A stretch of DNA of 63,525 bases, filler included, from Saprolegnia diclina VS20 (taxonomy: Eukaryota), in the NCBI RefSeq assembly GCF_000281045.1. It is 4 parts of one record of this genome, joined end to end, with 100 filler letters (N's around TTAATTAATTAA, not from the genome) between each part and the next. Parts side by side here need not be neighbours in the genome. Positions count along the whole stretch, not along the records: positions 38,908 to 63,525 come from NW_008246071.1; 3 more parts are not named here. One strand, given 5' to 3'. Under the pieces are notes generated by a model. It worked only from the letters and a program-made list of their open reading frames with translations. It ran no database searches and was not told the origin of the DNA. Below, one piece after another: positions 48,899-62,112 of this stretch. The number at the start of each line of letters is the position of its first letter. The first letter of the stretch is position 1. The position numbers were made by a program, and so were the translations under genes.

Positions 48899-51074
48899 AT
48901 GCACGAGCAAGCGCGTGGGCCGTCGCTCTCGGCGCCGCACGCACCGTCGCTCGAGACGCTTGCGGCGTCCATTCCGCTCACGTGGCGTCGCATCTTGCTT
49001 GCGCTGCTCTCCTACGGGCTGTTCTTCACCGACATTCCGCGCAGCGGGTACGGCTTTGCCACGCTGCCCGCAGATACGTTCAACCGGATTCAAGAGTCGG
49101 TCTATTCGTACTGGGGACCGTACAACTACCCTGTCATGCGCATCAACCGCACGCGCAGCGGTGCAATGTCCTCGATGACGTTCGACTTACGGTTGGTAGG
49201 TGCGTTTACGGGCGCGATCGGTGTCAAGCCAGCGGCCGTTGCTACCGTGTGGAGCTACCGGTCCGATACGTGCTCTGTCGGCCTGCGTGCGCTTGTTCAA
49301 CATTACGGCATTCTTGGCTGGTACCTTTTTTCTTCTCAACGAAAACCATTTCCAAGTAGGGATCCCTGTCTCCTCTATGCACATGCCTGTATGAACGTGT
49401 CGCTCGACCTCGCAACTGTGTTCACCATGCTCGACAACTCGGTTGCATCGCTCGTGTCTCGCGAGTCGCAGCCGACAGCACTGCGCGTCGAGTCGTTCTA
49501 CAAGGACAAGGTGCACGAAGCGCTCGCGCCCACCGATGCCGTGATGGAGCACGAGTTTCGCAGTGTCCAGGCGTACGTCATGCACTCGGCCTACGATGCG
49601 TGCCATGCTTTGCGCGCGATTCGACCCAACTTTTGCGAGCAGAGCCAAGCCGACTATAGCACGCTGAGCGGTACGCTCGTATAGTCCTCCGTCATCGCGT
49701 TGATTTGAATCGGATGTAGCGCCGCGCGCTGGCATTGGCCGCGTCTCGCAGCACATTCAAAAACGATTTGCTTTGGCTCTTGCCGCCTTGGATAGCTCGA
49801 CGCAGGTGGCTGAGATGGTTGTGATTGAGAGCGGCGCTGACTTTCGGCCGTGGATTGGTGGCATGGCGATTGTTCGCCCGCGTAACTTTGACATTGTCAC
49901 GCTCCTCCGCGTTCGCAACTGCTCGACGCCAAGGGCGTGTACCACCGTGTCGGTCGACGACTACCGGTACGAAGGCGGCCTTCTCAACACCAACACTGTC
50001 AATACGTACCGCGCCGTGCGATGTCTTCGCTTTGTGGGCCAACTGTACAACATTATTCGCGTCGGCGTCTTGTTTTACGGCTGCTACCTCGCGGCGTCGC
50101 GCCGATATCGCCCCGCGCTCGGCTGCTTTCTTCGGATCCCGGCCCAAGTCATCATCTACGGCAGTTGGTTTCCCGTCCTTCTCTTTGCGATGGCGCACGC
50201 GATGGACGCGCCGTTCGTGTACCTGCTCGTGTACCGTGCATTTTCCAGTGTCAACGGCAATCTGGTCATCACGACCGATTACATTTACTTTGTGCTGACG
50301 ATGCTGTCGTGCCACATGCGCAACGTGTGGGTGCTCAGCCTCTTGACCAAAGGGCTATTGCTCGCAGCGCGCGACCACCGTCGGGGCCAAGCGATCCTCG
50401 GCTTCCGCGGCTACGTCCTTCCGCTCGTGTCGTTTTGCTCGATCGGCTTTGAGATTCGCTTGCTCTCGATCCGAAATACAGACATCGTCCGCCACGCAGC
50501 CATGGCGCCGAGTGCAAACGTCGCAGCGATTCGGTATTTGCACACACTGCCGAGCAACGTGCGCTACTGGGGCCTTTTCTTGGACCTGCGCTGCCTCCTG
50601 ATGGCCTTTCTTTGTCTTCACATTGCACTTCGGTTCCTGCGCGTCAATGTCGTGCGCGCGCGGTCGCTTGTGCCGTACGCAGTGACGTCGTACTGCAGCA
50701 GCAGCATGTTTAGCACGTCCTGGAACACGCTCTTTGTCGACAAGGACGCGTCGACGGTCTCGATGCACAAGATGGCGACGCAGTCGGCGGTCGCCAATCT
50801 ATTGTACCCGAGCGGCGGCCGGCGACAGGCCGAACACGTGCTCATGAACGTCGCGTGGATGACCGACCCGATCGAATACATGGCGCACGCGCTGTGGTGG
50901 ACATCGACTGTGTTTGTGTACAAGGACAGCCGGTCCGGCTGCGTCTACTACCATCCCCTGAGCTTGCAAGAGCTGCGGACGCACGACGACGACGAGATGG
51001 ATAACATCCTCAGCGTCGTTCGCAAAGACACGCTGCTCTCGCTCCGCTGGAGCGACCGGATCTACACGTGCTAG
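48899..51074 (+). CDS. Tandem multi-pass membrane family copy 4 (4 exons)
   Basis: Same motif order and intron positions; ends LRWSDRIYTC*. Confidence 0.85.
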
Positions 51075-51076
51075 CC

Positions 51077-51148
51077 ATCGAGTTCAATCGTTATAACAGT
51101 CTAGTCACGTGCGAACGAATCGAGTTCAATCGTTATACTAGTCTAGTC
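51077..51148. repeat. Two-copy 30-bp direct repeat just after the stop codon of membrane gene 4
   Basis: atcgagttcaatcgttata(ac/ct)agtctagtc at 51077-51106 and 51119-51148. Confidence 0.9.
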
Positions 51149-51284
51149 GTTGCTCTGTTCGCTTAAAAGCGCGTAGACGCGGCAAAACCATATAGCAGGT
51201 GCAACTTTGCAGGCCTGTAGATTCCGTGGATAGGACGGTAGGATGCTGCATATGGCTCGTCATGACGCTCTATATTGCTAGTCT

Positions 51285-53652
51285 CTACTCGGTGGCGTTA
51301 CTGCCGACAGTGGCGTCAAAGTCCATGTGCTTGAGCGCTTCCCGAAGCAGCATCGTTGCAAACGAACCAGGAGGAAGCTGGAACGACACGGTCACCGTGG
51401 CGTTCTCTATACACGCGCTATCAGCTGCTGTCGCTTCAACGACTCGATCGATGTACTACCCGTGGTTTGCGTCCAGTGCAGGTCCTTTGGCACGCAAAAG
51501 ACACGCCGATACGCCCCCTTGAGTTGCTGCGCTTGATGTTCCGAGATGCCGTGCTCGCTCAGCACCTAAACGCATGCAATTGTGGGCCATGTCGCCATTT
51601 CGTCGTCGTTGCACCTGCTTGTAGTAGTCGCCGACGGCGTGCGTCGGCACCGTCGTGTGGCTCCCAAAGAGGGGCAGCACGACATCGTTGAGATCACAGC
51701 GGGTCGCGTCGTCGGCCGATGCAACGATGCACACGCTGTTGGTCGCGGCATCGAGCACAAGGTCACCAGCAACGACGTTGGCGCCGTACGTGGCGACACG
51801 ATATGACGCGAGGAGGTTGAAGAGAAGGCTCTGGAACGCATGCAGGTACATGACGCGGCGGTGATGCGGTAAATTGAGCACCGCCTTCTCGTGTGCGTCC
51901 GCGCCGTAGCGCTTGAGCCCCTATTTGTTGGATGCATACACGGGACCTAGAAAAAGGGTATGGATGTATACCATGAGCAGAGCGCGCTCGGTGACGGCCG
52001 ACGGGGGCAGCGCACGCAGCGCGGCATTCACATCCCGCGAGCTACGAAACGTCGTCTTGGCCGACGCGAGACCCTAACCATCGTCTGTGTCCTCGCTCCA
52101 AAGACAAGGGGGTACCGGTGTGTCGGAATCGGAGGATGTAAACAAAAGCGAGATCGCTCTGGCATAGTCTCGCTGAAAGAGAGCTTGGCCAACATGGTGG
52201 GTGCGCACGCTCTGGAGCGGCGAGCCCACGCGCTGGAGCCCAAAGTAGTTGATAAAACCAGTCGCGCCGACGCTCGCAAATGCCGCGTTGACAACGTCCG
52301 GGGTTCCCTCGACGTTCCGCAGTCGAATGGTAAACCTAACCCGCCACCTTCAACGCCAAGTCCGAGATGATGGGTCGTACTGGTTGCCGCCCGATTGCCC
52401 TAGCGTCTACTCATGCAGCACTGTATGAGATATCGCGAGATGCACGATACGAACGTACCAGAGGAGTGGCGACGTACGCGAGGTGCCCGACAGCGAGGCC
52501 CATCGGTGCCAGCGCTGTGTGAGCGTCGAGGAGCGCACGGGGTGCGACGCTTTGCGCGACAAGGCGCTGGGTCGTGATTGCGCGCTTGTCCTTGGTGCCG
52601 GCGTACGTAAAGCTAGATGTCGGCGTCTTGGCCGCACGGGCGAGCGCCTCGAGTGCGGTAAAGTGGTCGACGTCGACCTGCGATCCAAGACGTAAGAAAC
52701 CAAGACAATAGACAAGTTGTGCACAACCTTTTGCAGTACGAATTGCACGTAAAACTGCTGTTTGCGCTTGCGCCGCTGCAGCATTTTGGGCGAAAAGAAC
52801 ACGTCAATGCCCTGTGCCGCGTTGGTCTTGGTCACGAGACAGGCGGTTGCGGTCGCAAATAGCCGGTGGACCTTGGTCCGCGCCTCCTTTGTGAGCTCTT
52901 GCTCCAATCGAACACCTATACCTCGTCCGTGAATATGGTCCGCTCACACAGTTGTGAGGTAGAAGGTGTGTACGCACCAGCTTCGGCAGACGGCGCCAAC
53001 GGCCCGTGGACGAGGAACGTCATGACGCGCTTGCAGTCGTCGACCGCCAAGCCGCCTTTTTCGAGCTTGACATAGAGCGGGTCGAGCGAGAGCGATATCG
53101 AGGCGGGTATCGTGTCGCCAGCGTCATTGGTCGACGCGCGCACCGTGTCGCACTGCAGCGCGGGGTGGACAAACTGCGTACGCGTGAGTTGGACGTTATG
53201 AAAAGGCAAAGTGGCGGCGTACCTGGATGGCCTTGAGGAGGGCGACCTTGTCCTCGAGGTCGTCCGGGCTGGGTAGCGCGTAGCTGCCAATGGTCCCCGA
53301 GGCCACCGCGGCAACGTCAGCGCACGCGCTCTCGCCAATGCGCTGGAGGAGGAAGGCTTCCCAGCCGCAGTCTGGCACTGCCACCTCAATCGCCTGGCTG
53401 GTCTTTTTGGCCGTCTCGGGCATGGCGTTTGTGGGCAAGGCAGGCGACTGCGCTGCGTCGAGGTCCACGACCTGGCCTGCCTCGTCAACCTCGCGGACTT
53501 GAAAGTCGTCGGGCCTAATGCACTTCGTTAGCTCGGCGCTGGATCAGGCGAGCGGACTCGGTCTTGATGACGCCACGGAAACCAGCGACGTCCTTGGCGC
53601 AGAACTGCGAGAGACCGACGCAGGTCGCGTCGATTCGGTTGGCGCTGCTCAT
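51285..53652 (-). CDS. PUS7: TruD/PUS7-family pseudouridine synthase, multi-exon
   Basis: VGLSQF...GFRGVIK, PDDFQVREVD, FVLQK, catalytic AGTKDKRAIT, FTIRLRNV, GFINYFG, YLHAFQSLLFN, DVVLPLFG, FQLPPGSFATMLLRE. Confidence 0.88.
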
Positions 53653-54133
53653 TCGGCCAAATTGCGGCTTCAAGTGGGATATTCCTTCATAGTTGGGGCC
53701 AAACTGTCGTAAACACGGAATGGAATTCGCCTAAAAAGTACACCTCGAATCTGAGCCTCGGCGCCTTGACCAGAACCCTCGCGTAGCATGCAGTAGCATG
53801 GGTGTTTGTGTTTATGCATGCAATGAACCAAAGCTAACGGTCTACAGGGCTTAGGACAAGATGTCTTGGCCGAGTGACGCTCGTTGGAACAGAGACATAA
53901 ATGTGACTGAGCTTGTTAGCATGCAATGTGGTGTACGAGATCCATGCAAGTACATGGGCGCGTGAACCGCACTGCGATCAATACGATCACGAGCAAAATA
54001 ATATCGTCCGTGCAGACAGCCTTAAAGACGCGCGTTTCTTGCACCCAGCTGCAGCACTTGCATCTTTGTCGACCGATTCCGAGGGGGCCCGTGGGTGGCA
54101 AGCGCATTTTCCAAATCACCGGACGCAGTCGAC

Positions 54134-54610
54134 ATGGACCTGTCCTCACCCCGCATCGTCGTCGGGAGCCCGGCGCTATCGCTCGCGGGTCTCTTCGTGG
54201 CCAATGCTTCGGCTACCAACCCAGCGTGCAGTTTGTCCGCGCTTGCCACACCAGCGTTCCACGTGCACGGCAACGATAGCAGCCCGTTTCCGACCTTTTG
54301 CGGCGTTCAGCGTTCCGGCAACCGCACGCAGCCGGCCGATTGGCAGTCGCTTCAGCTTCGCCATTCGACATACGCCGTCTTCCAGTCGATCGAGACCGAC
54401 CGCACGTCTCGGGTGTTTGATCACCACGACAACAATGGCCAACGACGTCTTGGTCGTCGTCCCGATGAGAGCGATGCGGCCACTTGGCGTGCGCTGGCAG
54501 GATGGTCCAGCGGCGGCTGGGAGCGCTTTGCGGAGGCGCCCATGTTTGAAAAGCACCCGGTGAACCAAGCGCCAGAAGTGTGGGTGCCCGTGCAGCGACA
54601 GCTTCAATAG
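54134..54610 (+). CDS. Divergent GyrI-like small-molecule-binding domain protein (paralogue of next gene)
   Basis: PRIV..PALSLAG, SLQL...TYAVF, WRAL..W, APMFEK, EVWVPVQ align with 55026-55472; extra central segment. Confidence 0.65.
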   Translation: MDLSSPRIVVGSPALSLAGLFVANASATNPACSLSALATPAFHVHGNDSSPFPTFCGVQRSGNRTQPADWQSLQLRHSTYAVFQSIETDRTSRVFDHHDNNGQRRLGRRPDESDAATWRALAGWSSGGWERFAEAPMFEKHPVNQAPEVWVPVQRQLQ

Positions 54611-55025
54611 GTACACGTAATCAACGCCCATGCCGTTGCAAGAAAGGAGTTTTCTTGGGACGCCCAGCTGGCCGAGTCGGTTCACTGATCCGAACCGGTT
54701 CGCCGCCATGTGACCCAAGCCCGCCCCGCAAATCTCCTTTGCACGGGCCAATCAAAAGCCCGAAACGATGCAGTAGCAACCAAATGATGGGGGTGCGTCA
54801 TCGCAAGAGTACCATTGCGGAGCACCACGGATCCCACGTCGCCGGTAGTTCAACGACCACCTACAGTGTACACTTCGTGCGTCAGCGTCCGGGATGACTA
54901 CAAGCAAGACGCGCACGAGGATGAACGTGCTGGACGGCGAGCTCGATTGTTGAGGATTGCTACAGAGCGGTTGCTGGCCAGAGCGCCATTTTCAAAAATT
55001 CCGCTGCCAACTCCCCCGCAATACG

Positions 55026-55472
55026 ATGCAGTTGCCAACCTTTCGCATTGTAAATGGGCCCGCGCTCTCGCTCGTCGGCGTCCAAGCTCGCTTTCGCGTC
55101 GACAAGACATCGGACATTGCAGCGCTCTGGCGGTCTCTGCCGACCGTCGACCAAGTCACGTACGGCGTGAGCTACGACTACGACGACGGCTCGTTCATGT
55201 ATCTCTGCGCGACGGACGCGTCCGAGACCAAGACGTCGGACAATACGACGGCTGCGACCACGTCGCTGTCGCTGCCGCGTGCCACGTACGCTGTGTTTGC
55301 CCACAAAGGCAGCACACACGAGATCGGGCTCGTCTGGCGCGCGCTTCGGGGCTGGCGCGACGGCAATTATGCGCGGGTGCCTGGGGCGCCAGCCTTTGAA
55401 AAGTACAGCGCAACGTTCGACCCGACGGTCGCGGGTGGCGTCGAGATTTGGCTTCCTGTGCAGACAGCTTGA
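55026..55472 (+). CDS. Stand-alone GyrI-like/AraC effector-binding domain protein
   Basis: RIV..PALSLVG, IAALW, YGVSY, FMYLC, LPRATYAVFAHKG, PAFEKY...FDP...GVEIWLPV is the typical bacterial GyrI-like pattern; intronless. Confidence 0.85.
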   Translation: MQLPTFRIVNGPALSLVGVQARFRVDKTSDIAALWRSLPTVDQVTYGVSYDYDDGSFMYLCATDASETKTSDNTTAATTSLSLPRATYAVFAHKGSTHEIGLVWRALRGWRDGNYARVPGAPAFEKYSATFDPTVAGGVEIWLPVQTA

Positions 55473-55852
55473 ACCTGTGCATAGAAGTGCTAATATCGAT
55501 CTAACACAAATGGTGCGTGTTATAACGCGTTGGTCGCCATCTTGTCGCCATGCATCGTCGATCTAACACGTTGTATAACGTCGTTGAGTCGAATTGGGTG
55601 TACTTCAAACCGGTTCGAGGATGCGTGAACCGAACGCGATTATGCAATCCGCGTCACGCCTTGGAATTAAATTCCCCGTCACATGCTTCAACTTGGTATT
55701 TGTATGCAAGACGCACCCATTTAATAAAAGTACCCAGCACAAGGCCAGTGACGTCAACGGCGCGGCCGCTCGCTCCAATGTTTTGAGCCAATCAGAAGGC
55801 GCTTGGGTGGATCGCCACCTGGTTTTGGGACTCGCGAGGGATTTTCGACCAA

Positions 55853-55868
55853 CTCATTTGCCAACTTC
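55853..55868 (+). promoter_or_regulatory. INR+FPR-like element upstream of biotin synthase, with CCAAT box at about 55786
   Basis: CTCATTTGCCAACTTC about 25-40 nt before the ATG; GAGCCAATCAG further upstream. Confidence 0.55.
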
Positions 55869-55893
55869 GCGGCTTCCCCTCAGATCTGCCAGC

Positions 55894-57104
55894 ATGCTCT
55901 CCCGCGTCGTCCTCCGCGCCCCGCGCGCCGCCCGCGCGGCCTCGTCGCTCTCGCTGAACGGCGTCTCGTCCGAAGTCCGCACGGTACGCAGCATGCGACG
56001 GATGAGGCGGCAGAGACCTCATGCATCTGTAGGACTGGAGCTACGACGAGGTCAAGGAGATTTACAACAAGCCGCTGCTCGAGCTCATCTACCAGGCCGC
56101 GACCGTCCACCGCATCCACTTTGACCCGCGCGAGGTGCAGCAGTGCACGCTCCTCTCGATCAAGACGGGCGGCTGCACGGAGGACTGCAAGTACTGCTCG
56201 CAGTCGTCCAAGCACAAGACGTTTGTCAAGCCCGAGCCGCGCAAGAAGGTTGACGAGGTGCTCGAGATGGCCGCCCGCGCCAAGGCCGCTGGTAGCACGC
56301 GCTTCTGCATGGGTTCGGCGTGGCGCGAGGTCGGCAAGAAGAACGCGTTCAAGGACGTGCTCACGATGGTGCGCGAAGTCAACGGCATGGGCATGGAGGT
56401 GTGCTGCACGCTCGGCATGATCACGGAAGAGCAGGCCGTCCAGCTCAAGGAGGCCGGCCTCGCGGCCTACAACCACAACTTGGACACGAGCCGCGAGCAC
56501 TACCCGAATGTCATTACGACGCGCACGTACGACGATCGGCTCAACACGATCGCCAACGTCCGCAAGGCCGGCATTTCGGTCTGCTGCGGTGGTATCCTTG
56601 GCATTGGCGAGAAGGACGACGACCGCGTCGGTCTCTTGCACACGCTCGCGACGATGGAAGAGCACCCCGAGTCGGTGCCCGTCAACGCTCTCGGTATGTG
56701 TTCCACCTTCCCTATGTGCAGGGTTCTTAGATCTTGTGTCTCTAGTGTCGGTCCAGGGGACGCCGCTCGCGGATGCCAACTTGAAGGCGGTTACGGCCTT
56801 TGACATGGCGCGCGCGATTGCGACCGCCCGCATCCTCATGCCCAAGACCATGGTGCGCCTCAGCGCGGGTCGCATGTCGTTCTCGGACGCGGAGCAGGGG
56901 TTCCTCTTCATGGCCGGTGCCAACTCGATCTTCAACGGCGACACGCTCCTCACGACGGCCAACCCGGCGTTTGAGAAGGACAACCAGCTCTTCACCGACT
57001 TGGGTCTTGTCGGCAAGAAGTCGCACACGGCCAACAAGAAGACGCCGTACATTGTCAAGGTCACGCACTCGGCGACCGACGAGCCCCAGGTCGCGTCCAT
57101 GTAA
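55894..57104 (+). CDS. BIO2: Biotin synthase (radical SAM), mitochondrial, 3 exons
   Basis: Arg-rich presequence; [17 protein letters not shown] (CX3CX2C), [43 protein letters not shown]. Confidence 0.97.
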
Positions 57105-57716
57105 TGATGGCCCGTGTAAGAAATAGAAATTGGTATTGTGTCTTGTGACGAAGCGTCTCAATGTTCAGAGGAGATACCAGAGTCCTAGTAGGTAGGTAGC
57201 ACGCTCCTCGCCGTGGTCAAGCGCATCAACTCGGCTCAAGGATACCAGGGGACCAAGTCACACAACGTACGGATCTGGCTCATGATCAGCGTCACATTGT
57301 GGGCCACAAGTGCAAAGACCAGCGTCCAATCGATCGAATGACTTAGCCTGCGGCCCAATTCCTCATACGTAATTGACGTGCGGTCCGCTGGGACCACGTA
57401 CTGACGGCCCGGAGCTCGACCGGGGTGGCCATCAACCTTCGATGATGATCCTCGTGGCGACGTCATCTCGACAGCCAGCACGTGTCCACGACATCGCTCC
57501 CGACGGTGGGACCTGAGCTTGTATAGCCAGGCAATATCGACTGGCGCGCCAGACGGACTGTGTAAGAGCGCTGCCTGGTTCTACTAAGCTTACCTGGTTG
57601 CCATCATGGTGCTCATCCGTTGCTGGCGCCAACTGGAGCGTGTTTTTAGCCAAGTCGATCCGGATACCGGTGTGGTATCCGTCGTTTCCAATCAGTGAGC
57701 CAAAGCGAGATTAACC

Positions 57717-60105
<2,389 letters not shown>

Positions 60106-60174
60106 GCAAGTGTAGAAGGAAGGATACAAAAACTAAGTAAACGACACCCTTTGTATGACAAGAGCCTCAAGGTG

Positions 60175-61273
60175 TTAGCAGCAGCGTGTGGTAGGCACCC
60201 GCGGCGATCGCAGTGCACCCGGGCGCAGCCACGATGGTGTGAGAGGTGTTGGCGTCGGCGGATTTGCCGGCCACGAGGTCGTGCGACGGCGTGTGCATGC
60301 CCCAGAGATGCACTCGACCGTCGTCCGTGAGCCCCGCGGTGTGTCTTGTGCCGCAGGCAATGCTGACGAACGTCGCGTCCTCGTCGTGTAAGGACAGCAG
60401 CGTCGGGAAGATATGGCTGGCAAGGTGCGAACCGCCCTAGACCGCCACCGTGAGCGCACGCCGTCGCTGACAGCGTAGTACCAACTGGCCATGCTGGCCC
60501 CACCCCCACGTGTACATGTCGCCCGTCGTCGTCAGCGCTATTGCAAGCTTGAGTGTGGAGTGGTATGAAGAGGGCGTACCGACAGTGTGCCACGCGCCGC
60601 ACGCGACCTGCCGCAAGCCTGTAAAGACACCGCGGACGTAGTCGCCGACTCCTTGGAGGCTCGTGACGCACGCCGGGCTCGGCTGGTCGGCGGTGCTACC
60701 AAGGCCGAGCTGGTGGTACTGGCCCCACCCAAAGGTGTAGAGATCGCCGTTGGTCGCAATCATCGCCGAGTGCTGCGCGCCGGCGGCCACAGATTTCCAG
60801 TGCTCGGCCAACGCTGTCGGTACATCGACGCGCGGTGAGCAGACGCCGATGCCGCACTGTCCATACTGGTTGTTGCCCCACGAGAAGACGACGTTATCTG
60901 CGGTCCGCGCGAGCGCATGGCCTTCGCCGGCCGCCACGTCGACGGCGCCGGTGATCTCTGGCAGCTTTATGGGCTCCGTGCTGCCCTGGCCCCATGCATA
61001 ACACGCGCCGTCGGACGAGGCAGCGACGACAAAGCTTCCGCCGCAAGAGACGCGAACAATCGACAAGGTGGTCAGACGCAACGAGAGGCCGTTGGGGCCG
61101 AGTTCGCCGTGGAAGGCCGTGCCGTAGCCGACGACACCCGCATCTCTGCACGCGACGAGCGTGATCGAGTGGCCACCGGCAGCAGCGACGATCTCGTCAC
61201 TGTCGTCGGCGGTGAAGCTCGCCGTTTCTCGGAACGTACCGAACCCGCCGACGCACGTCAGTCGCGCCACCAT
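60175..61273 (-). CDS. RCC1-repeat beta-propeller protein, multi-exon
   Basis: Repeats VSCGGSFVVA..YAWG, VAAGEGHALA..VFSWGNNQYGQCG, VAAGAQHSA..LYTFGWGQYHQLG, VACGAWHT..YTWGWGQHGQL. Confidence 0.88.
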
Positions 61274-62112
61274 GTTGTTTTATTGATTTTACCAGGTTTT
61301 TGAGATTCAGGATCGATTCTCACAGGTCAACGGCAGCGGCGGCGTGTGTAATCGTTCGTTGCTTGTCACATTGATCCCCAAGTTGTACTGCCTGTGCCCA
61401 ACGTTATTATCAAATTCGTCCAAGAATTCGTCGACAACCAGCAGGACGAGGAGGAAGGGACCTTGTCGATGAGCTCGACGGCGCTCCCAACTCGAAATTT
61501 GGCGCGGATTGACCGAAATCAAAGTCAACTGAAATCCCACCCGACACAAACACGAAGTCGCTGAACTTGTGCTGGACGCCAAAGACGAGACGAGACGACG
61601 TGGTGCGGGTCCACGTCACCGCTACAATGCACCTCGCACCTCGCGCTACCCAATGTCACTTGTCGTATCTCCGGGATGTACCAAGCTGTGGTTGATGGGG
61701 CGGGGCGAGCTCTGTAAGTCACCTGTAGACCACATCGTTACGCCGTTATACTAACAAAATCAAAGGTTGTTGCGGCGAGTTGGCAAGGTAGCAAGGAGCA
61801 AAGTAGCAAGAAGAGGAATACTCTGGCGTCCGCGTGAGTTACAAAGCTCTTGGTTTATGCAGCGCTGTTTCTGTGCTTCAAGGCCCTTCACATGTCCCAC
61901 TCGCCGTGCATTGACCACCGTGTTGGGCAGCGTTTTTTAAATCCACTTGATGTGTGTATGTATTTTTATACAAAATGCAAAACCGACGTGGCCAATCACA
62001 AGGCGGCATTTCGGTAGCGGCAGTGACGAAAGGCGTGGGGTGTAGCGCTCATCAAATTCGAATTTGCCTCCTGCCCGGGTTGCCTCCCGCGCCACGACCC
62101 CACGACGCCACC

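Noticed and set aside
51077..51148. CRISPR-like repeat-spacer
   Set aside because: Only two copies, 12-nt spacer, no cas genes, eukaryotic context.
55894..57104. bioB as part of a bacterial island with the GyrI-like genes
   Set aside because: Introns and a mitochondrial presequence indicate the normal eukaryotic BIO2.
57236..57653. Short ORFs between BIO2 and NSUN2 (similar cases at 36050-36750, 3640-3990, 61300-61750)
   Set aside because: Short, stop-interrupted and without recognisable homology; possibly decayed fragments but not assignable.
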